Below, in pieces: positions 35,880 through 44,431 of a stretch of 44,431 nt of DNA; within the stretch, counting starts at the first letter, position 1, and the number at the start of each line of letters is the position of its first letter. The stretch lies in the NCBI RefSeq assembly GCF_001194135.2, contig NC_068985.1, positions 70,960,975 through 71,005,405 of the forward strand, written 5' to 3'. The position numbers were made by a program, and so were the translations under genes. The notes below the pieces were generated by a model. That model was not told the DNA's origin. It saw only the letters and a program-made list of their open reading frames with translations, and did no database searches. This stretch comes from Octopus bimaculoides. Its lineage: Eukaryota.

Positions 35880-36589
35880 TATGTAACTGAAATATTAATA
35901 AACTATAATAATTAATAAACTATATTATTTAACTAAAGTACTGAGAAAGTGTGTGTCATATGTCGATCCTATTTACACAGCAACACTGAATTTTACTTAT
36001 TTATTTGATGTTGTACTTGCCTAAAACAAAACAAATTATCTTGTAGAAAGACATTGTGATCATCAGAAATATACAGTCACTTTTCAAAACTAACAAAGTG
36101 AGACAAAGATTTTGACGCCTCATAAAAGTGAATTTAATAAGGTGTGTTTTTTGGATGGCTGAAATGGCTCTTCTACGACGTAAATGCAACATTAAATGTA
36201 TGTATATATTAAACCTACCCGTGTAAATTATATGCAATACACTGAAACACACACACACATGCACACAGACACACTCACTGCATATCAGTATGTGCATGCG
36301 GGGTACGTGAGTGTGTATGTATGTGTTGTGTATGTGTCTCTGTGTGTGCATGTGTGTATGTCTAACGGTTTTGTCAGAACGGAGGACCAGTGTCAATGGG
36401 CTATGTTGGCCCTCCAAGAGCGCTGAAATCGACGCAGTTGATACTCGTCTCCAAGACTGGACAATCGAGTGTACTTAAAAAAGAAGAGAGGTTTAGAATA
36501 GAAAGGCTCTTTCTCTCTCTCTTTCTCTCTTTTTCAGTTCCCTTTCTCTGTCTCTCTTTGTCTCTCTCCCTACGCTCTCTCCCTCTTTA

Positions 36590-36630
<41 letters not shown>

Positions 36631-36838
36631 AGACATATATATACACATCGTGAAGGCAAAATGAAAAAAGGGCGCAAGTGAAGAAAGACACTGGGAAAAG
36701 GCGGAAAAGAAGAGAAGCAAACATAATTGCCATTGATTAAGAGGTTGCTGTTGTTGTGCATGATGGTGGTGGTGGTGGTGGTGGTAATGGCATTAATGTG
36801 GTAGCGCTGGTGGCTGAATGTGAAAAGCAGTCGCTCAC

Positions 36839-36870
36839 CCAGAATGCATGAGTTGTAGTTGAAGAAGCAT
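36839..36870 (-). CDS. Candidate first coding exon ([11 protein letters not shown]...)
   Basis: ATG at 36870 in a CpG-rich unique segment, donor TCTGG|GTGAGC, TATA-like TATTTATA ~65 nt upstream; unverified. Confidence 0.2.
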
Positions 36871-37025
36871 TGCGTCTGAAGTGTGCGGACGCGCGCACTG
36901 GGAGTGGAAGGAGACGAGCGGGATTGTGTCCATATAAATATGTAATAGAAACATGTATACATACATACATACATACATATATACATATATATAAACACAC
37001 ACACACACACATATATATATATGTA

Positions 37026-37089
<64 letters not shown>

Positions 37090-37884
37090 TACATATATAT
37101 ATGTGTGTGTGTTTATATATACAGTATATATAATGTATGTGCATATATTAACATAAGTGTGTGTTATGAGTATGTCTGTGTGAAAGAGTGGGCGTGTGAA
37201 TGTGTGTATGTGTGTGTGTGTGTGTGTGCACGTAAGTGTGTGTCTAGAGGGTGTCCTTCCTCCGATTTTGCTTAATCCCGAGTTTTTAGCCCCACCCACA
37301 GCCCTTTATCTGACATTCAGGTTAAATTAAAGGGAAATTTAGTCCCTTGTCATATGCCACTTGAAAAATGCAGCAGACTGAACAACAAAATTTCACAAGC
37401 TGCCTCAGCCTGTGGCCCAGTTGGCCCTGTCTCCTCCCCCCATACAAACAACCCAACGTTATAGTGACATCTGTGTTTTATTAAGTCTTTCATCTATGCA
37501 GTCGGGGTAAGCCCATAGCCCGGAGCCTCAGCAGATACGTTCGAAGGTGGAAGAAGAAGAGACAGAGGAGAGAATAATAGAAAGGAGTTGAATTAAGGGG
37601 TTTAGTGGAGTGGGTTGGAGTTATTTTCCTCTGATTTCGAGGGTGTTGGCTTATCATAAAACGACGTGTTATTGACTAGGTTCTAAGGATTTGTGAAAAT
37701 TGTTTTAGGACGCTCGTCAACCTGTGAATCAATCTACTAATGTGTGAACGAAGAAGGCTGTGTGAACGACGATGGTAAAAGAGGCTCTGTCACTGTGCCA
37801 AATGTCATTTCTTTTGTTGGTGGTATCGGTGGTGGCGCTGCCACCACCGATTTCTTGTTGTTGTTGTCATCATAGTCTCTGCTG

Positions 37885-37925
<41 letters not shown>

Positions 37926-37984
37926 GCTTTTGTTGTTACTTTAGGAGAAAGGCTTAGTAGTTGGCTTTCATAAAGCAAACATGC

Positions 37985-38437
37985 GAGGTGCAGGCCTAGC
38001 TGTGTGGAAAGAAAGCTTGCTTCCAACCGCATGGTCACTGGTTCAGTCCTGCTGAGTTGCACGATGGGCAAGTGTCTTTCTACTATAGCCTCGGGCCTAC
38101 CAAAGCCTTGTGAGTGGATTTGGTACACGTAAACTGGAAGAAGCCCGTCGTATATGTGTGTGGGTGTGCGAATGTGAGTGTGTGCGTGTGCATGTGTGAG
38201 TGTGAGTATGGGTGTGGATGTGTCTTTGTGTCGTATCTGTCCCACCACCACAGCTGGGCAACCGGTATTGCTGTGTTTATGTCCTCGTAAATTAGCGGTT
38301 CGGCAAAAGAGCCCGATAGAATAAGTACCAAGCTTAACAAAATTATGTATTTGGATCGATTAATTCGACTAGAAATTATTTAAGGAGGTGCTACAGCATG
38401 GCCGCAGTCTAATGCCTGAAACAAATAAAAGATAAAA
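37985..38437 (+). mobile_element. Full-length family C composite SINE (CORE-like half, (TG)n, second half, TAAAAGA tail)
   Basis: GGTTCAGTCC..TGGGCAAGTGTCTTTCTACTATAGCCTCGGGCC; AATTAGCGGTTCGGCAAAAGAG; CAGCATGGCCGCAGTC...AATAAAAGATAAAAG. Confidence 0.85.
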
Positions 38438-38537
38438 GGTGCAGAGCATAAATCTATTGCCAGTTCACTGGCTCGGGTAAGTATCGAACTATTTGCCTAG
38501 CTCTCAACCTATCTTTCTGTTTATCTTTATATCTATC

Positions 38538-38581
<44 letters not shown>

Positions 38582-38637
38582 AATATATATATATATACAT
38601 ACATACATACATACATACACACACACACATACATACA

Positions 38638-38668
<31 letters not shown>

Positions 38669-39029
38669 GTGCAATATATGAATTAACTATTCCGGTGGTA
38701 CAAAAAAGCTACAGTAGACCAGGCTACAAAGCACAGAGTAAACCAACACAAAAGGATGCAATGCATAGTCCTATGTAGTTTAAATCCAATAAATTCAATT
38801 AGTAATGATTATTTAATTAGGAGTATTTGAAATATATAGAAATTCAAGAGGTATGAGATGAATATGTTTATTTCAACAGTTGATATCAATAAAATTACGA
38901 TCGCTTCGCAACCAACATCATAGAATTTATTTTAGTGTATAATAGATTGCTTTACATGTCTGTATTAGTGTGTGTATTATAAATTATATAATACTACTGT
39001 TCAATTTATTAAGTTATACAAGTAAATAT

Positions 39030-39073
39030 GTATGTGTGTGTGTGTCTGTATGTACTCGCGTGTGTGTGTATAT

Positions 39074-39153
<80 letters not shown>

Positions 39154-39265
39154 ATATATATATATATATTTAAACATACATACAAGCACATAAAAACAGA
39201 CAGGTAGACAGGCAGGAACACAGGCAGACAGGCAGGAACGCAGGCAGAGAGACAGACCGATAGGC

Positions 39266-39316
<51 letters not shown>

Positions 39317-39362
39317 CAGATAGATAGATAGATAGATAGACACAGAGAGAGAGAGAGAGAGA
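39030..39362. repeat. (TG)/(CT)n/(TA)/(GACA)/(GATA)n compound microsatellite
   Basis: Visible runs. Confidence 0.95.
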
Positions 39363-39655
39363 TTATAATGATAAAATACCAGTAAATTCCGAAATCGATG
39401 TAATTGACCTACCTCCTTTAATATCCCGCATATTTCAAGTTTTGTGTCTACGTTATAGAAACATTTATAAGAACTAATGGTGGAGAAGAGTGACAACATT
39501 TTCAGTGAAATTCTTCGAGTTGAGTATAACGAACTGGCTACTTTGTTTTAAGTACATTAGGATCAGATATTACTGACGATTTTCAGATATACATGGTCCA
39601 CAGTGCTACCGATGAATTTCGATAATTTGGAATAAATGTTGCACGTACAGAAATA

Positions 39656-39870
39656 GTGGTCTCAAATTTTGGCACAAGGCCAGCAATTTCGGAGTAGAGG
39701 ATAAGGCGATTACATCGACCCCCGTGCTAGACAAGTACTTATTTTATCGACTTCGAAAGGATGATAGGCAAATCCGACCTCGGCGGAATTTGAACTCAGA
39801 ACGTAACGGCAGACGAAATACCGCTAAGCATTTCGCCCGGCGTGCTTACGATTCTGTCAGCTCGCCGTTA
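39656..39870 (-). mobile_element. Family B SINE with a perfect 16-bp target-site duplication
   Basis: TGCACGTACAGAAATA at 39640-39655 and 39871-39886. Confidence 0.92.
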
Positions 39871-40451
39871 TGCACGTACAGAAATATCGTCTGGCGGTTC
39901 TGTTCCTTGCAGTCTGAGAAAGCTATTCTGCATTAATTTGTTCAGTGTCCAAGTATTACTGACTAGTGGAGACCTGTTATCAAGTGTACAATGGATTCGG
40001 CGATTAGCCAAGTCCATCGCAAGAGGACGCGGATAAAATTCCTGAAGACAAACGCTTGATTGCTTAGCCAAGCCATCATCTAAATTTTCAAGTTTCACTT
40101 GAACAAGCGGAGAGGGCAATTTTTCCCCTCTCCCAGAAAATTTCCTGTCCTCAATCGTACAGTAAGGTAAATGGCATGAGTGGGCGTGTCAACGTGTAGT
40201 GTATGTTTGCAGCTAGAAATAATAGACCGTAAGAAAAGAAAATTGTTTAGAAATTAAATACCTCAAAGACTTTATCCTCCTTTTAAAAAAACGGTTAACT
40301 TAGTGTTTATACTGGCTGGGCCAAATTCACTCACAAAATAAGTTCAATACACTCCGGAATTGTCAAAGATATGCTTCCAATTTTTGTAAAGTGAATAAAA
40401 TAGATTTAAAAAAATATGAATACACACGTACTTTTGCATGATTAACAAAAT

Positions 40452-40570
40452 GATTACTACTACTAATACTACTATTACTACTACTACTACTACTACTACT
40501 ACTAATAATAATAATAATGATAATAATAATAATAATAATAATAATGATGATGATGATGATGATGATGATG

Positions 40571-40606
<36 letters not shown>
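40452..40606. repeat. (ACT)n-(AAT)n-(GAT)n-(AAT)n array
   Basis: Visible runs. Confidence 0.95.
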
Positions 40607-41158
40607 GCAGTACCAGGCAGTGGCTCTAATGGCTTCTGATCTTAATTGACTGGAAGTGTTATCATGTACATTGTTTTGTCTTGGTATAAAAGATGGGCTA
40701 CAGCAAATAGTCTGCTTAATACCACAGATTTGCTTGTCAGTTGTTTGACCTTAACCAGTTGAGCATGTCCCTTGGTGGCTGACGATATGTGCATCTCTGA
40801 TCATGAGCAGAAGTAGTGGGGGAGCATCATAGCCATATGTTGAGAGGAATTATTTGGGGTTTGAATAATTCACCTTTGGAAACATGGTTGTTTTGCTCAA
40901 CATCCTTAAACAAACCTTACTCCTTAAACAAACCTTTTGAGCGGGATGGGCTACTGAACCTGAAGAAAATACTAACTGGGCCCCACCTGCGAGGTCATGC
41001 GCTGTTTACCTTGATATGAGATCACCATGTGGCGCACATATGGTTGTGATGCATGTGCCTGGTGTACCCTTATCAGACAGGTAGTCATGATGGGTATATT
41101 GGGTTTTGTATATTTGTACCCCAGTGTCACTTTGATGGCATGCACTGCTCTCTCACTC
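40607..41158 (+). mobile_element. Family E ~550 bp element flanked by (AAT)n on both sides
   Basis: Starts GCAGTACCAGGCAGTGGCTC, ends GCACTGCTCTCTCACTC, then AATAAT. Confidence 0.9.
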
Positions 41159-41192
<34 letters not shown>

Positions 41193-41193
<1 letters not shown>

Positions 41194-42149
41194 TAGTAGT
41201 CAGAGAGCTCAAACCTCCGCCAAGGCAACACCAACGTCCTCTCAACGATTAGCCGGAGATGATTCTTAAAATGAGAATATCTGAAATAAACTCGACTGCT
41301 CTCACAAACGAGAATATTAAAATTGAACCCGACCGCTCTCAAAAATTAAGTAAGTAAAAAAAAACGGAAAAAATAATCCAGAATCTTTGTCCGGTACCTC
41401 ATCGGTCTCAATGGTTGTCATGGAATGTGAAGGTGACTGTAGAAAATTTAGTTACAGTAATAAATAGTTTATCCGTATCTAATACAAGCCAAATTTAACA
41501 AATTCCCAATTCAAAATAGTTTCAAAGGCGGAAGTAATAAGTTCTACTCAGGAATTTTTAAATGAATAGCATGAGGCCTTTTGGTTTTCTCTTCTCTTAA
41601 ATTCCGGCCTTCCTTTAGTATTCCTGTTGCTTTGGACCAATGTATACATGTATGTATATGCATATGTTTATATATTATTTATATTATATATATAAGTGTA
41701 CTGTAAAGTGTTAATATGTATGCATAATATATAGTATATATTATAGGAATATGTTAGTGTTATTTAATTTCTGAACGGTTTGCTGCCGTTTGTTTACGTA
41801 GTTTGATTTCTTTAACCATCAGTTTCTACTAAGACAGAGACGCGAGTAAACTTAATAATAGAGAAACGAAAATAAATCTTTGGAATCAGTCTAAAGGGAG
41901 ATAACTGAGAAAGACTTGAAAGCCAACGTAAGATCGTAATCATGTAAAGTAAATATAACAATTAAACCAGAAATATTGTCCGGCACCCAATCGATCCCAA
42001 AATCTACGCGATTTGTGCCAGTCAAGAGGCCAAACATTGCTGAAAGTTTCATCTGAATCTATTTAGCCGTTCTTGAGATATCTTGTCCACGGACAAACAA
42101 ACAAACACGACTGAAAACAATACCTCCGCCTTCGCTAAGGTGGAGGTAA
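41193..42149 (-). mobile_element. Non-autonomous DINE-1/Helentron-like element, copy B
   Basis: Terminal hairpin TACCTCCGCCTT-CGCT-AAGGTGGAGGTA (42121-42148), (ACAA)n tract, sub-TIR AAACCTCCGCC at 41211; arms homologous to copy A. Confidence 0.65.
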
Positions 42150-42160
42150 TATTAATAACC

Positions 42161-42199
<39 letters not shown>

Positions 42200-42324
42200 G
42201 CCCTGATGCAGTACCGGGCACTGGCTCTCATGGCTTCTGATTTTAATTGATTGGATGTGTTATCGTGTACATTGTTTTGTCTTGGTAGAAAGATGGGCTA
42301 CAGCAAATATTCTGCTCAATACCA
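42200..42324 (+). mobile_element. Family E 5' fragment (125 bp) fused to the Helitron remnant
   Basis: GCCCTGATGCAGTACCGGGCACTGGCTCTCATGGC...CTCAATACCA matches the start of the other copies. Confidence 0.85.
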
Positions 42325-43900
42325 ATGATTTTAGACCCTACGTCAGTCATGTCACCATTTGCAATAGCATTCAGAACGCCCAGGTATTTTTCAGCCTTAA
42401 GTTATTTCTGATGAGTTCTCAGGAAGTGTAATCGATCTTGCTCTACCTTTGCATATTGATCTACCGCATATTGTTGTATCAGTCATACACTTTTCATTAT
42501 GCCATTGAACTCGTCCTTTCTTACCTGAAGCCGATAAGAATGAAAGTCACATTCAGTGATATTTTTGCTTCAGTCATTGTCTTTCAAGCGCACATTCCAA
42601 CCATCTTCCCCATAGGGAAACCGAAGTACATAATGAAGAGGGTCTTAGCTTCTATGGATTTGACTAATGTAATCTAACTTTCCATTGCACTCTCTGTACT
42701 TCACAACAACATCCGCAGGTTTAATGTTTGGATTATCGGTATATCTCCCACCATGATCACAGCAACCTCTGATGCAGTCGGTGGATTATAGGTTCTCTCA
42801 TGTGACCCAGCAGGAATAAGCCATTTGTCATAATAATATCACCGGTAGAACATTTTCGTGGTGCAGAGTATTCCTTAATTATATCAATAGCCTATTTATA
42901 ACTTTTGACATATGGATCGTGCATATGCCGTGCTCTCTGCAAGTCTAGCAGGATGTTCTCATTAAGGTCATTGTCAGCTCCTCTATATGACAACCTGTTT
43001 CTCATCTCAATTTCACTGTCAACGAAATGTAGCTGTGTGTAGACTGGCTTCCTATTTACTGATGACAGTAAATCTTGAAAGTAGGCATAAAAGTGCTACT
43101 ACTCTGTGGTCCAACTGGTGGATTATCCAGTCCAAGTGAAGCCATAGCCAAATTATTGTAGTTACGAATTTTGTTCGGAAACATTTGACCGCATAGATTA
43201 ACATCATAGTATTTAGCGCTTAATTCTGGGGACTTTTTTATCTGCGGGAGTTTGTCATTGCTAATTTTTCCTTTCCACAACAGAGGGTAGTTTTCTTAGC
43301 ACCCCAAAGGTAAGCTTCGCTGTCTGGGTATATTCTGTTAAAAATGTTACCACAATAGTGCAACATAAGGCTAGGGTTTCGCTCTTTCTCATAAAAATCT
43401 GCAACATTAACTTCCATAGCCATTCTTTCAGTGTCATTTCTTTGCTGACAAAGTAACGATTGCCTGGTTGTTTGCTTGTCGCTGCTGAATTTGTGGCAGC
43501 GACGTGTTTTCCCTAGAGTCCACTTTCCTCAGCTATTAGTATTTGTCTGTGCTTCTGTTTCTTGTGGTATTTCCATTGCATGGCTTTTATGTTCTCAGCT
43601 GATTCACATTCCTCCGTGCTTCTCTTTTTCCAGGTCTTTCCATTGCACGGGTTTCCTATGTTCTCATCTGATTCTCATTCCTCCGTGCTTCTGAATCTTT
43701 TGGTCTTTCCATTGCACGGATTTCGTGTCTCCTCAGCCGATCTGCATTTCTCCATGCCTCTGTTTCTTCTGGTCTTTCCATTGTACGGATTTCTTGCATT
43801 CTCCTTCGCTTTATTTCCAGAAACTGAGAAGAGCTGGGTCTCTGTTTGTTTTCTACAATTAGTATCTGCTGTCTTTGCTCAGCGATCTTTTATGAACGGA
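42325..43900 (-). pseudogene. Helitron Rep/helicase N-terminal pseudogene fragment
   Basis: LCCGK/GKI, NKIRNYNN.AMASLG, FMPTFKI, IPAGSHERTYNPPTASEVAVIMVGD, ISQIHRS*DPLHYVLRFPYGEDGW, QQYAVDQYAKVEQDRLHFLRTHQK; multiple stops and frameshifts. Confidence 0.9.
43560..43810 (-). repeat. 69-bp (23-aa) coding tandem repeat, STPR-like, about 4 units
   Basis: TTCCATTG at 43571, 43638, 43707 and 43776; IRTMERPEETEAWRNADRLRRHE / IRAMERPKDSEARRNENQMRT*E / TRAMERPGKREARRNVNQLRT*. Confidence 0.8.
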
Positions 43901-44431
43901 ATTTTTTTCGGGACAGGTTGTTGCCCTCTCTTTTTCTGGGAAAAATGTACTGTTGAAAGCATGAATAGTTATGAGAATTATACAGTGAAAGTTTTGAGAA
44001 GATTCAGCTAATATTTCACCTATTTTTTCTGAACGGGAAGTGTAAATATTTACCTTGGGTATTTATTTACAATTGCACCACTCACACTAAGCACCATTTT
44101 AAAGTTCGATTTTTATGTAGTTGAATTGCTGTAAACGAATTTGACCATAAAAATGTCGGAAATTTAGTATTTTTTAAGGTAATAATGAAATTATTCGAGC
44201 CTATTTTCATGCAGTCGACTTTTTAACGTGTTATTCCAGAATTCTACGCATGCGTGAAATATCAGACGACAGTACATTCAATAACATATTCATACACGCA
44301 ACGAAGTAAAGAGACATAAGAATAGCTCCGACGGCATGAAAATAGATCTGACAAATGTTACTATCTTAAAAATACTAAATTTCCAACATTTTTATTGTCA
44401 AATTCGTTTAGAGCAATTCACTAACATAAAA

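Noticed and set aside
37496-37515. Possible 5-nt micro-exon (CAG|TCGGG|GTAAGC); lone donors at ~38485 and ~40168
   Set aside because: Isolated splice-like motifs are expected by chance; untestable without RNA data.
39868-40119. 83-aa minus-strand ORF with an Ig-like FYPRP motif
   Set aside because: No recognisable domain spacing or start context; the end overlaps a SINE TSD.
40735-40810. Attempted HDV-like ribozyme fold inside family E
   Set aside because: P1 and P3 can be drawn, but P2 is only ~3 bp and the L3/P1.1 consensus is violated.
43560-43810. CRISPR-like repeat-spacer array
   Set aside because: Eukaryotic context; the units are contiguous 69-bp coding repeats without unique spacers.

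Overview
Eukaryotic, AT-rich, repeat-saturated scaffold DNA with nine N-gaps. The SINE families and microsatellite density suggest an octopus (coleoid cephalopod) genome; this is inferred from remembered repeat consensus, not a database hit. I recognise no intact host gene, rRNA, tRNA gene or CRISPR array, and almost all ORFs in the supplied track are microsatellite or N-gap artefacts. The window contains: (1) three tRNA-derived SINE families in many copies, some in tandem and two with 16-17 bp target-site duplications; (2) three R4/Dong-type RLE LINE remnants, one flanked on both sides by (TAA)n; (3) a ~550 bp non-coding element in three copies with near-fixed ends; (4) two ~1 kb DINE-1/Helentron-like non-autonomous elements that share both arms but carry different ~320 bp cargo, one being a Gypsy integrase GPY/F fragment; (5) a Helitron RepHel pseudogene with 23-aa STPR-like repeats; (6) an internally deleted mariner nested in a SINE; (7) a hAT (Buster/Charlie-like) remnant, an RTE-like 3' end with two C2H2 fingers, Penelope-like remnants with decayed hammerhead motifs, and a TA-flanked MITE carrying telomeric repeats. 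A few weak candidate host exons are flagged. The most promising leads are the cargo-swapping Helentron-like family, the 550 bp element, and the (TAA)n landing-pad architecture that occurs twice.
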